The notes under the pieces: generated by a model | Databases searched by the model: none | What the model was told of the DNA's origin: nothing | What the model saw: the letters and a program-made list of their open reading frames with translations, nothing else | Shown: piece after piece, positions 31,806-41,589 of the stretch | Layout: every line of letters starts with the position of its first letter | Numbering within the stretch: position 1 is the stretch's first letter | Program-made: the position numbers and the translations under genes | NCBI GenBank assembly: GCA_963777505.1 | Contig: CAVZQN010000006.1 | Span: forward strand, 320,001-384,000 | Length of the DNA: 64,000 nt | Direction of reading: 5' to 3' | Origin: an uncultured bacterium | GTDB lineage: Bacteria > Acidobacteriota > HRBIN11 > JAKEFK01

Positions 31806-32159
31806 GTCACTAGCTCCCCATCAAAAGACAGGACTAAAACCCCGCTGTTCGATACTGTTTCAATTCTCTTTCTTCACCGATAAATAAACTGTTGATGGCG
31901 TTATAGGTCAGTGTCTGGCCGGCTGGTGTCAAGAGTCTTGATATCCGGCCGGCCTTATCGTCTTAGGAAACTTTTGACATGGCTTGGTCGAGAAGTATTG
32001 GAGGGGGTTATTGCCTTCTATGCCTACGGTTGTGGCTTGGAGAAAAAAGCCAGAACCGTGCGCAAAGGAGGACAGCTGGGGAGCCGACAATTTTCGCCGG
32101 CCCCCCTCCCTTTGTGAAAACATGTCCTTTTTGCTTTAATGTCCATAAGAGGTGGGCTC

Positions 32160-34331
32160 ATGATTAGGCGTGTTGTCTCTCTTTGGGGATTGTTCTGTTT
32201 ATTCTTCACTTCGTTCCTCTATGCAGGAACCTATTACGTCGCTACAAATGGAAATGATTCCCCAGGCGGTGGAACACTCGCAAACCCCTGGCAAACCTTA
32301 ACGTACGCTTGCACAAGCATTCCTGATGACGGAAGCACTGTGCTTGTAATGAATGGCACTTATAACGGCCGCGTACGCCTTAATCGACGTTTTACCAATC
32401 ACACTACTTTCAAAGCAATGAACCCGTATTTAGCTGTTTTACAGCATACGACTGAACAAGTTTTGACCAGTTTTGGCGGTGCCAATTTTACGATTGAAGG
32501 TTTCCGCTTCACACGTCCGGTGAATGCACCTGCTGCACTGATCGTACAAATTCAGCAAGCAGGCTCAGATGGATCAATTCCGGCTGAAGACATCATTATC
32601 CGGAATAATATTTTTCACGATAGTTACAACAACGATCTGCTCAAAATCAATAATGCTTGCGACAACATCCTTGTAGAAGGCAACCTCTTTTACAATCAAT
32701 CGGGCTCCGATGAACACATGGATGTCAACGGCGTCACGAATGTGACAATTCAGGACAACATTTTTTTCAATGACTTTGCTGGAAGTGGTCGCACCAATAA
32801 CAATGACACAAGCAGTTTCATCGTAATCAAAAATTCAGGAGACCTTCCACTCAATCAAGATTTCATCGTAAGACGAAATGTCTTTTTGAACTGGGAAGGA
32901 TCAACCGGAAGCAATTTTGTACTGATCGGTGAAGATGGTAAACCTTTTATCGAAACTGAAAACGTTCTTGTTGAAAACAATTTAATGATTGGAAATTCTG
33001 CGAACACAATGCGTGCTGCATTTGGAGTTAAGAGCGGAAGAAATGTTACTTTTCGGAATAATACAGTAACAGGAAATCTTCCGTCGCTTGCCTATGCTTT
33101 ACGTGTTAATCGCGAGAATCCAACGATCGTGAACGAAGACATTTTCTTTTACAACAATATTTGGTCCGATCCTACTTCAACGATGGAAGATTTTTCTGAT
33201 GGTGAGACGGCCGAATCATCCAACATAATTCTGGATAACAATTTGTATTACAACGGTGGTAGTGCTTTGCCTGCTGGAGATGTATTAAGTCCATCTGATG
33301 ATGCAAATGCAGTGATTGGGAATCCTGTACTTGGAAATCAGGCAGGCCTAGTTTTGCCGCGTTGGAATCCTGTAGCTGAAGAGTTCTTGAGCCAAAACAC
33401 AACGATCCGCCAGGAATTTTTGCGGCTGGTGTCTAACTATGGAACGCCTGGTGGCGGCAGTGCTGCGTTTAATGCTTCCGATCCTGCACACACTCCAAAT
33501 GATGACATTCTTGGAAATGGCCGGGATGCGAATTCAGATCTAGGTGCTTTAGATGCCGATGGTGGCGTTTTGATTCTGCTGAGTCCGGCATCGCTGCCGA
33601 ATGGTTCGATTGGGACCACGTATTCACAAATGATTACAGCAAGCGGCGGAGATAGTCCGTATAGTTTTTCGGTGACCTCGGGAGCTCTTCCCAACGGACT
33701 GAATTTAAACGCGAGCGGATTACTTTCCGGAGATCCCACAGTTGGGGGAACTTTCAATTTCACGATTACAGCTACAGATTCCAGCAATGATACAGGCAGC
33801 CGCGCATATTCGATTCAAATCGTGGCCTGCCTATTTTGTGATGAGTTTGATAATGGAGTACTTGATTGGTCCTATCTAAAGCCAAATTGGAATGAGGCAG
33901 GAGGATCTTTAATTGGAACTCCAACCGGCAAAAAAGCGATTGCAGTTGCATCACCTCTTTTTTCCGGCTGTGTAAATTGCAGCGTTGAAGCCGTAATGAG
34001 GACTGCAGGTGGAGTTGCAAACCGAGTGTGGCTGCTTGCGTGGTATTTCGATAAAAAGAATTTGGTTGAAGTCATGATGAAAGAACAATCGGACAGCTGG
34101 GTTGTTAAGCAACGATCAGGTGGAAGAGTTGTAGCGAAAGGCAAAGGCGTCAGCACAATTGTTCCGGACACAAATTACGTTGTGCGCATTACATATAACG
34201 GTTCGCAATTCCAGCTTTTCGTAGACGATGTTTTGTTGGTCACTTTACAAGACGGTGCTTCAGCAAGCGGTACTGTAGGATTTCAGATTAAAGCAACAAC
34301 TGGAACGTTCGGATCGATCAATGTGTTCTGA
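32160..34331 (+). CDS. Secreted parallel beta-helix protein with He_PIG-like Ig domain and shared C-terminal domain
   Basis: Signal peptide; YYVATNGNDS; repeated IIRNNIF/LVEGNLF strands; YSQ.ITASGG..PYSFSVTSGALPNGL Ig; C-terminal domain from 33828. Confidence 0.8.
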   Translation: MIRRVVSLWGLFCLFFTSFLYAGTYYVATNGNDSPGGGTLANPWQTLTYACTSIPDDGSTVLVMNGTYNGRVRLNRRFTNHTTFKAMNPYLAVLQHTTEQVLTSFGGANFTIEGFRFTRPVNAPAALIVQIQQAGSDGSIPAEDIIIRNNIFHDSYNNDLLKINNACDNILVEGNLFYNQSGSDEHMDVNGVTNVTIQDNIFFNDFAGSGRTNNNDTSSFIVIKNSGDLPLNQDFIVRRNVFLNWEGSTGSNFVLIGEDGKPFIETENVLVENNLMIGNSANTMRAAFGVKSGRNVTFRNNTVTGNLPSLAYALRVNRENPTIVNEDIFFYNNIWSDPTSTMEDFSDGETAESSNIILDNNLYYNGGSALPAGDVLSPSDDANAVIGNPVLGNQAGLVLPRWNPVAEEFLSQNTTIRQEFLRLVSNYGTPGGGSAAFNASDPAHTPNDDILGNGRDANSDLGALDADGGVLILLSPASLPNGSIGTTYSQMITASGGDSPYSFSVTSGALPNGLNLNASGLLSGDPTVGGTFNFTITATDSSNDTGSRAYSIQIVACLFCDEFDNGVLDWSYLKPNWNEAGGSLIGTPTGKKAIAVASPLFSGCVNCSVEAVMRTAGGVANRVWLLAWYFDKKNLVEVMMKEQSDSWVVKQRSGGRVVAKGKGVSTIVPDTNYVVRITYNGSQFQLFVDDVLLVTLQDGASASGTVGFQIKATTGTFGSINVF

Positions 34332-35876
34332 TCAATGTCTGAAATGCCGTACTCCGGTGAATATCATGGCTATATTGTGTTCGTTCGCCGCATCGATTAT
34401 TTCTTGATCGCGAACTGAACCTCCTGGCTGAATGATGGCGGTCGCACCTGCGGAAGCGATTTCATCAACACCATCCCGGAATGGGAAAAATGCGTCAGAT
34501 CCAACACTCGTACCCTGGAGTGAACTTTGTGCTTTCAGTTTTGCGATCTTAACTGAATCCACGCGGCTCATTTGGCCTGCGCCAATTCCGACCGTGACAT
34601 CGTGCCGTGCAAATACAATTGCATTGGATTTCACAAACTCAGAAACAACCCATGCAAACTCAAGTGCCCGCCATTCTTCTTCTGAAGGCGCACGTTTCGT
34701 TACAATTTTGGTTTCAGCACGATTGAGCTCAATATCATCGCGATCTTGAATCAGCATTCCCCCTGTAATTTTCTTCATGTCGAACTTGTCATGGATTTTC
34801 CAATCTCCAGGTAATTTCAAAAGCCGCATTGCCGTTTTCTTTGAAAGAGTATCCATCGCCTCCTGCGTAAAATCTTTTGCAACGATCCCTTCAATGAATG
34901 CTTCCGATACAATGCGTGCAGTTTCTCCATCTACAATTCCATGAATGCTAACAACTCCACCAAAAGCCGCAATCGGATCTGCTGCCCGGGCCTTCCGGTA
35001 CGCCTCAGAAATTCGATCATCCACAGCAACTCCGCATGGATTGTTATGTTTGATAATTACTGCTGATGTTCTATTCAAAGCGCAACTTAATTGAAACGCT
35101 GCATCGAAATCCAGCAAGTTGTTATAAGAAAGCTCCTTTCCCTGGATCTTCTCCGCTTTCGCAAGAGTTGCTCCAGGTGTAGTCGGGGAAATGTATAAAG
35201 CACCTTTTTGATGCGGATTTTCTCCATAACGCAAAGTCGATGAAAGTTTCAGACTATTCGGAAAATATTGAGGAAAATCAGTTGATCCAAGTTTTCGGCT
35301 GTAGTGATTTGCGATCACCGCATCGTAATACGAAGTGAAATGAAAAGCTTTTACCGCAAGCTTCCGGCGTGTTTCGTTTGAGACTTCTCCATTCGTTTTA
35401 TCGAGCTCTTCGATCAAACCTTGATAATCCTTCGGATCGGTCACAACGGTCACATACGCATGATTTTTTGCTGCTGCTCGGATTAGGGAAGGACCGCCAA
35501 TATCGATCCATTCGATTGATTCTTCAATTCCAAGATCTTTCGCAACGGCTTGATCTTCAAACGGATATAAGTTCACGATTACCATATCGATTCCGTGCAA
35601 AGAATGTTCTTTCATTTGCTGTTTGTGATCTGGATTGTCGCGCACCCCAAGGATTCCGCCAAAAATCGCCGGATGAAGTGTCTTGACGCGGCCATCCAAA
35701 ATTTCTGGAAAATTTGTTACCGAAGATAGAGAAGTTACATGAATGTGGTGATCATGCAGAAATTGAGCGGTGCCACCTGTGGAAATGATTTCGACACCCT
35801 GCTGCTGCAGTTTTGCTGCGAAGGGTATTAAATCCGTTTTGTCTGAAACGCTGATTAGCGCACGTTCAACTTTCAT
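34332..35876 (-). CDS. purH: Bifunctional AICAR transformylase/IMP cyclohydrolase
   Basis: ALISVSDK, STGGT, GRVKTLHP, IDIGGP, RYGENPHQ, KHNNPCG, SDAFFPF, RHFRH. Confidence 0.98.
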   Translation of the reverse strand: MKVERALISVSDKTDLIPFAAKLQQQGVEIISTGGTAQFLHDHHIHVTSLSSVTNFPEILDGRVKTLHPAIFGGILGVRDNPDHKQQMKEHSLHGIDMVIVNLYPFEDQAVAKDLGIEESIEWIDIGGPSLIRAAAKNHAYVTVVTDPKDYQGLIEELDKTNGEVSNETRRKLAVKAFHFTSYYDAVIANHYSRKLGSTDFPQYFPNSLKLSSTLRYGENPHQKGALYISPTTPGATLAKAEKIQGKELSYNNLLDFDAAFQLSCALNRTSAVIIKHNNPCGVAVDDRISEAYRKARAADPIAAFGGVVSIHGIVDGETARIVSEAFIEGIVAKDFTQEAMDTLSKKTAMRLLKLPGDWKIHDKFDMKKITGGMLIQDRDDIELNRAETKIVTKRAPSEEEWRALEFAWVVSEFVKSNAIVFARHDVTVGIGAGQMSRVDSVKIAKLKAQSSLQGTSVGSDAFFPFRDGVDEIASAGATAIIQPGGSVRDQEIIDAANEHNIAMIFTGVRHFRH

Positions 35877-36628
35877 TGCTTCTCCTTCTTCTTCGTTTTT
35901 CCTTTTGAATGAAAAGGCGTCCATGTTGTATCACCATGCGCCTTTTTCCATGTATAAAACCAAAATTGCACGGTATGTGAAATGGATCGTGAATAACTTA
36001 GACTTGCGATCCCAAACGGTAATGATCTTGGATCAAAAGTGTCTGAGGACACCAGCGTACCATTTGGAAAATAGGCGTCTCCAAGCAGCGGGTATTTTTG
36101 CACTGCATTCAATGCAATTTGATGCAGATATTCTTCTTCGCTTGGCTGATTCAAGATTGAAGGCTCATGTCCATCAAAGATCCACGGAAATAACTCTATG
36201 TTCTTTTCGAGATAAATTGCAAAATCGGATCGGTATTGCGGTTCACGTGAATCTTTGTCCGACAAAACCAGTGCATCATTTAAGTCGGCAATGTAATGTG
36301 CCATACGGCCAAAATCTACAGCTACTTTTCGAAACGGAACGTGATTGTAAATATCTTTTGGCGCCTTTGCAGACAATATCGTTAGTTGGTCTTTTAAGTA
36401 ACCGCTGCGCGTTTCAATATTGTACGTATGTTCTGATTCGGGAAGTTCATCAGGCCGTAAAACCGCTCCAAGAATCTCTTCTTGATGCCGCATCATAATG
36501 TTTTTGAAAGACGTCGGCATCAAACTCGTCGATTTAACAACCACAAGCTGGTACGTTTTTGACGTCCATGCTTCGGATTCCAATTGAACGCAGAAAACAA
36601 ACACAACGAAGAACCATCTCCAGAACAT
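35873..36628 (-). CDS. Exported hypothetical protein, possibly degenerate S1/P1 nuclease or Zn-phospholipase C fold
   Basis: Signal peptide ending ESEA-W; RPD, HYIAD motifs; several expected His ligands absent. Confidence 0.55.
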   Translation of the reverse strand: MFWRWFFVVFVFCVQLESEAWTSKTYQLVVVKSTSLMPTSFKNIMMRHQEEILGAVLRPDELPESEHTYNIETRSGYLKDQLTILSAKAPKDIYNHVPFRKVAVDFGRMAHYIADLNDALVLSDKDSREPQYRSDFAIYLEKNIELFPWIFDGHEPSILNQPSEEEYLHQIALNAVQKYPLLGDAYFPNGTLVSSDTFDPRSLPFGIASLSYSRSISHTVQFWFYTWKKAHGDTTWTPFHSKGKTKKKEKQ

Positions 36629-36660
36629 AAAAAAACCTGCAGAATTTTACCATAATAGGA

Positions 36661-37033
36661 TTCAACACAAAGACTCTAAGACGCTAAGTTTCACTATTTT
36701 TTGATAAATAATTCGTGAATCCTTCTAGTAGAAGCTCCAATCGTTGTTTTTGTGAAATAAATTACCACGGAGTCACGGAGGATTGGATCGTTGCCGATTT
36801 CGTTCGCGTCGCGAACGAGGCTGAGAAATAGAGCCAAAACAAATTTTCTTGCTAATAAAGAAACCTAATTTGAATCGAGTCGATGATTTGTTTTGAGCTC
36901 TATTTCTCAGCCCTAAAGAAAATCGGCAACGATCCAATCACACGAAGTTAACTCCGTGATCTCCGTGACTCAGTGGTAAATCTTTTCTGGTTGCGGCTTT
37001 GCCGCGTTAAGCGTTTGGGTCTTTGTGGTTGAA
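36661..37033. repeat. Nested multi-layer inverted-repeat (MITE/REP-like) element
   Basis: Arms 36661-36688/37007-37033, 36761-36780/36961-36981, 36781-36800/36920-36939 (perfect 20 bp), 36819-36844/36886-36912. Confidence 0.85.
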
Positions 37034-37063
37034 AAAAAGCATACGCATGATTAAATAGGGAAT

Positions 37064-38332
37064 ATGTTGGATCAAACTTTTGTACGAGAAAACCGCGAAA
37101 TCGTAGAACAAAAACTAAAATCACGCGGGATGAAGGTCGATTTAAACGAGTTTTTTTCGGTCGATGAACAACGGAGAACCGCGATTCGTGAAGCAGAAGA
37201 ACTGAAACGTGTCAGCAATGTAGTGTCGAAAGAAATCGGAGAAGCGGTTCGACGGGGTGAAGATGTTTCAACCCGCAAGGAAGAAATGCGCCTTCAGAAA
37301 GACCGGATTAAAGAGCTTGATGATCTGATCCGGCAAACACAAGAGAAAATGGAGAATTTTCTCCTGAATATCCCTAATCTGCCGAATGCTTCAGTACCGC
37401 TTGGCGCCAGTGCTGCAGACAATGTTCCCGTGCGGGAGCATAAAGGGATAACCGCGGTCGATTTTGAAGCAAAAACACACAACGTAATTGGAACCCAGCT
37501 CGGAATCTTGGATTTTGAACGGGCGGCAAAAATTACAGGAAGCCGTTTTGTATTGTACAAAGGCGCCGGTGCTTTGCTGGAACGCTCGCTTATCAATTTT
37601 ATGATTGATGTACACACCGCAAATGGGTATACAGAAGTGATCCCGCCCTTCATTGCAAATGCGGATTCGCTTCGTGGCACAGGAAACCTTCCGAAATTTG
37701 AGGAAGATCTTTTCAAGCTGGCTGACACAAATTATTTTTTGATTCCTACCGCTGAAGTTCCTGTAACAAATATTTATAGAGATGAAGTCTTAAATGAAGA
37801 AGAGTTGCCTATCCGTTATGTTGCGTACACTCCATGTTTCCGCCGCGAAGCAGGAACATATGGGCAAGAAACGCGCGGGCTTATCCGCTTACATCAATTC
37901 AACAAAGTCGAGATTGTACATTTCTCAACACCAGAGAATTCTTATGTGCAGCATGAAAAACTGACTAACGATGCGGAAGAAATTCTAAAGAAGCTTGATC
38001 TGACGTACCGGGTCCTTCTTCTTTGTACAGGTGACATGGGATTTTCTTCGGCAAAAACTTACGATCTTGAAGTCTGGATGCCTGGCCAAAATGCGTTTGT
38101 AGAAATTTCATCCTGTTCGAATTTTGAAGATTATCAAGCTCGCAGAGCAAATATCCGTTTCAAAAAAGCAGGCACAAAAGGAACCCGGCTGGTTCACACT
38201 TTGAACGGATCAGGTCTTGCTATTGGCCGTACTGTGGCTGCGATTCTGGAAAATTATCAACAACGTGATGGAAGCGTTCGAGTTCCTGAAGTGCTCGTGC
38301 CATATATGAAAGGCCTAACGACAATTCGGTAA
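37064..38332 (+). CDS. serS: Serine-tRNA ligase
   Basis: MLD...[49 protein letters not shown]. Confidence 0.98.
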   Translation: MLDQTFVRENREIVEQKLKSRGMKVDLNEFFSVDEQRRTAIREAEELKRVSNVVSKEIGEAVRRGEDVSTRKEEMRLQKDRIKELDDLIRQTQEKMENFLLNIPNLPNASVPLGASAADNVPVREHKGITAVDFEAKTHNVIGTQLGILDFERAAKITGSRFVLYKGAGALLERSLINFMIDVHTANGYTEVIPPFIANADSLRGTGNLPKFEEDLFKLADTNYFLIPTAEVPVTNIYRDEVLNEEELPIRYVAYTPCFRREAGTYGQETRGLIRLHQFNKVEIVHFSTPENSYVQHEKLTNDAEEILKKLDLTYRVLLLCTGDMGFSSAKTYDLEVWMPGQNAFVEISSCSNFEDYQARRANIRFKKAGTKGTRLVHTLNGSGLAIGRTVAAILENYQQRDGSVRVPEVLVPYMKGLTTIR

Positions 38333-38490
38333 GTAGCCCCCGGCGTAAGCCGGGGGTCAATTTGGCATTTTAATGATTTAGCCCGCCAAAGGCGGGCGTA
38401 AGAGTGATCATAGTAAAGGTCTTTCGCCCGCTTGAAGCGGGCTGGTTCATTTCTCAATCCTTTTACCCCCGGCTTACGCCGGGGGCAAAC
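38333..38490. repeat. GTAG-type REP/REPIN-like composite palindrome between convergent genes
   Basis: gtagcccccggcgtaagccggggg ... cccccggcttacgccgggggc outer pair; inner gcccgccaaaggcgggc and gcccgcttgaagcgggc. Confidence 0.82.
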
Positions 38491-38511
38491 ACATTGGATA
38501 GGGCTGAAGGC

Positions 38512-39465
38512 TTACTCTTTGCTCATTTCGAGCCACTGATCCCAGTCTTCTTTTCGGATGTTCTTCAGAGCAGCAGGTCTTTGTCTGATCAAGGACGGAA
38601 GTTCTTTCAGTAATTCCCATCGTGCTTTCATCAAAACTCCCCAGCCTGCTTTTTGCCTGATCATATCGACGTAGCGGAGTTCATCCAGCGTAACAGATAC
38701 GCTTTTTTTCAGGAGAGTTTGAAATGGAATATTTTTGATAAACGTTCGTAGCCGATTCCGTTCGCTTAAGAACCACAAAGCATCTGATGGCAGTTTTGTG
38801 CTGGTTCCATGAACCTTATGATATGCAACCGAATTGGGAACCCAGAATGACTCCGACCCATTGATTCTTGCTTTCCAGCCTGTATCTAAATCTTCGTAAT
38901 AAGCGAAGTATGTTTTATCGAATGCTCCATTACTCATCAGCAGTTCTTTGTTGAAGATTGCAGCACCCGCAGAAGCCGCAAAAATTTGCCGCACTTGATT
39001 TGAGATCGATTCAACGCTGCGATTGTGGTATAGATTTCTGGCGGCACCGCATGGACGGATCCCAAGTCCGCATGAATCAACTTTAGTTTTATCATCGGAA
39101 CGAAGAATCGTTCCTTGAGCGGAAAAACAATGCGGATGATTTTCGATTCCTTTCAACAAATTCTCCAGCCAGTTTTTATCAAGGATCATGTCGTTGTTGA
39201 CTGTAGCAATCCATTTTCCACGGGCTGCCTGAAATGCAATATTGTTTGGGCCTGCAAATCCTTCATTTTTTTCAAGCTGAATTAAATTGACAGCCGGAAA
39301 ATTCTCTTTAACAAATGCGACACTATCGTCCTTGGATCCGTTGTCTACAACAAGAATCTCAAAGTTGTTAAATGTTTGTTGTTGAATGGATGGAAGGCAT
39401 TCCTCGAGATGATGTCTGCCGTTCCAGCTTACGATAACGAAAGATACGAGCGGATTCGCCGGCAT
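38512..39465 (-). CDS. GT2 glycosyltransferase (rhamnosyltransferase-like)
   Basis: VIVSWNG, VDNGSKD, NEGFAG.NN, NND, YYEDLD.GW. Confidence 0.88.
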   Translation of the reverse strand: MPANPLVSFVIVSWNGRHHLEECLPSIQQQTFNNFEILVVDNGSKDDSVAFVKENFPAVNLIQLEKNEGFAGPNNIAFQAARGKWIATVNNDMILDKNWLENLLKGIENHPHCFSAQGTILRSDDKTKVDSCGLGIRPCGAARNLYHNRSVESISNQVRQIFAASAGAAIFNKELLMSNGAFDKTYFAYYEDLDTGWKARINGSESFWVPNSVAYHKVHGTSTKLPSDALWFLSERNRLRTFIKNIPFQTLLKKSVSVTLDELRYVDMIRQKAGWGVLMKARWELLKELPSLIRQRPAALKNIRKEDWDQWLEMSKE

Positions 39466-39469
39466 CGAT

Positions 39470-41509
39470 TTAATCTGCGACGTAACCTAAACTTTTAAGT
39501 TCTTCTGCTTGTTCCGCGCTTATGTTCAGGTCTCTGGTTCTACGCTCAATTCTGGCAATGGAAACCCTGTTACTGGTGGAAGAAGATTTTGTACTTACAG
39601 GAATTGCTTCCATATGAAACGGGGAGTTCAGCGCTTTTCCATTTTGATCAAATACATTGACTCCCGAAATGCTTAATTCTGCATTACTTGCAGGCTCAAC
39701 AAAAACCCAATCCACATCATTGCCTGATGCGTTGAGAGCAATGGACGCTTCTTTATCTGACAACGTTATCCGATCTTGCTCTTCACCTTCTGATAGATGG
39801 ATACGCTTTAAGTTTTGGTTCGATTTCAAAATTGCAGTTCCGTTAAAATCAGCAAACCGGAATAGAAGACCTCCGGATACGTGTTGTTGTATCCATTGAT
39901 CAATAATCCTTTTACCATCGTTCCAGCCTGTAGGTGATTTGAATTCACCTGTTCTTTCGTAGATCGCTTCATCATCACCCTTAAACGCCGCCCAACGCTT
40001 ATCTGGCTGTTCGGCAAATAGGACCCTGTCTTTTGATGATTCAAATAGATCTTTTCCACGAAATGATTTTGGTTTCTCAATGCCTGTTAATTTCAACAGA
40101 GTAGAAGGCAGATCTATCAACGAAACTCTATGTTGCAGCATTTGGGGATTGATATTTTCGCCATGAAGAATTAATGGAACATCAAGAAGTTCAGGTGTCA
40201 CATTGTGTCCATGAGCGAAATAATGTTCATTTTCACCCAAAGACTCACCATGATCCGAAGTTATCGCAACGATTGTACGGTCCATTAGTTGTGCGCTTGC
40301 GAGCTCATTCAAAAATCTTCCGATTTCTTTATCTGCGAAAAAAATCTCGCCATCGTATTTTGCTACATAGTTATTCAAATCAAAAATTCCAGGAAGCTTA
40401 GCATAATCTGGAATGCCTCCCTTTCCTGTGAAATCTCCAACATCCCTTAACACAACCGGAGTAGAGTTTGTCCTGAACTTATTATCGTAAGGGGGTGGTG
40501 GCATATAAGGTGCGTGAGGATCCTGATAATGAAGCCACATAAACCACCTTTCATCTTTGTGCGATTTTAACCAGACCACTGCTGCATTTGTAAGTTGTTC
40601 AGCATTCCGTTCAGGGAGACGCCGATTAATTTCGGTACCCGGAAGGAAGCAGTTATAAACATCAAAACCCTTATCAAGGTTGCGGTTCTTTCTTAATACT
40701 GCATTCCCAACAAAAGCCGCTGTTGAAAACATGTTGCGGCGAAACACTTCTGCAAGCGTCATCTTGTTTTGGTCAAACACCGAGCGATTGTCCTTCAGGC
40801 CATGCTCAGAATAGTACATTGAAGTCATGATCGAAGTGATGGATGGAACTGTGAGCGGAGCGGTACTGATTGCTTTCGTAAATACAGCTGATGATTTGCT
40901 AAATGAGTCCAGGAAAGGAGAAGTGTCTTTTGAATACCCGTATGCAGAAAGATGATCTTTTCTCAACGTATCAATTGTGATCAATAGAACGTTCGGTTTA
41001 TGGACTTCACTCTGTTTGTTAACAACTTTCATCCGTGAAAGAAATACTTCTTTATCGCCCTCGTTGGTTGTCAGTTTTAAAGTAATTTGAGTCTTTCTAT
41101 TGTGAAACTCTGAAAGATCGAAAGAATAATCTTTCCAACGCCTGTCACTTTTTATTTCGGCAGGTGAAAGTTCGGCCTTGTATTCTTTTTCTTTTTTCCC
41201 TGACTTCACTTGTATTTTGATGGTATATATATCGGTCTCGTTTTCCCAATCAGTTTTAGGAACTCCCAACCCGAATGTCAGCAGACTACTTGAACCCGGA
41301 GATGCAGTGAAGCTAAGCGGTGTTCCATCTTTCAAGCTAGCAGACTGTCTGTATTCTTCACGGATGTTTTGTGAGGTTGTGTTAGTGAAAAGAAATGCGC
41401 TGGCCGGCTCATGAGGTTTGAAAAAGAACCGCCACAAAAGGATTGACGCCGCAAGGATGATAATTGCGATTATGATGACCCGCTTTGAGCTTCGGCTTCC
41501 GATTGACAT
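39470..41509 (-). CDS. Sulfatase-like (alkaline phosphatase superfamily) protein 1, membrane-anchored
   Basis: NVLLITIDTLRKDHL..YGY, PLTVPS, HYQDPHAPY, YDGEI, SDHGE, HG; ends LKSLGYVAD. Confidence 0.85.
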   Translation of the reverse strand: MSIGSRSSKRVIIIAIIILAASILLWRFFFKPHEPASAFLFTNTTSQNIREEYRQSASLKDGTPLSFTASPGSSSLLTFGLGVPKTDWENETDIYTIKIQVKSGKKEKEYKAELSPAEIKSDRRWKDYSFDLSEFHNRKTQITLKLTTNEGDKEVFLSRMKVVNKQSEVHKPNVLLITIDTLRKDHLSAYGYSKDTSPFLDSFSKSSAVFTKAISTAPLTVPSITSIMTSMYYSEHGLKDNRSVFDQNKMTLAEVFRRNMFSTAAFVGNAVLRKNRNLDKGFDVYNCFLPGTEINRRLPERNAEQLTNAAVVWLKSHKDERWFMWLHYQDPHAPYMPPPPYDNKFRTNSTPVVLRDVGDFTGKGGIPDYAKLPGIFDLNNYVAKYDGEIFFADKEIGRFLNELASAQLMDRTIVAITSDHGESLGENEHYFAHGHNVTPELLDVPLILHGENINPQMLQHRVSLIDLPSTLLKLTGIEKPKSFRGKDLFESSKDRVLFAEQPDKRWAAFKGDDEAIYERTGEFKSPTGWNDGKRIIDQWIQQHVSGGLLFRFADFNGTAILKSNQNLKRIHLSEGEEQDRITLSDKEASIALNASGNDVDWVFVEPASNAELSISGVNVFDQNGKALNSPFHMEAIPVSTKSSSTSNRVSIARIERRTRDLNISAEQAEELKSLGYVAD

Positions 41510-41589
41510 TTGAAACTTCTAAAAATAACATTCCTAACTCAGCGCAACAAGCCGCTGGGCTCGATGCCATTAATTGTTCGCCACCCATA

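Noticed and set aside
35770-36498. 242-aa plus-strand ORF
   Set aside because: Antisense to purH and the exported protein; no recognisable motifs.
36661-37063. T-box riboswitch upstream of serS
   Set aside because: No GGTGGNACC T-box or terminator/antiterminator pattern; the structure is explained by nested inverted repeats.
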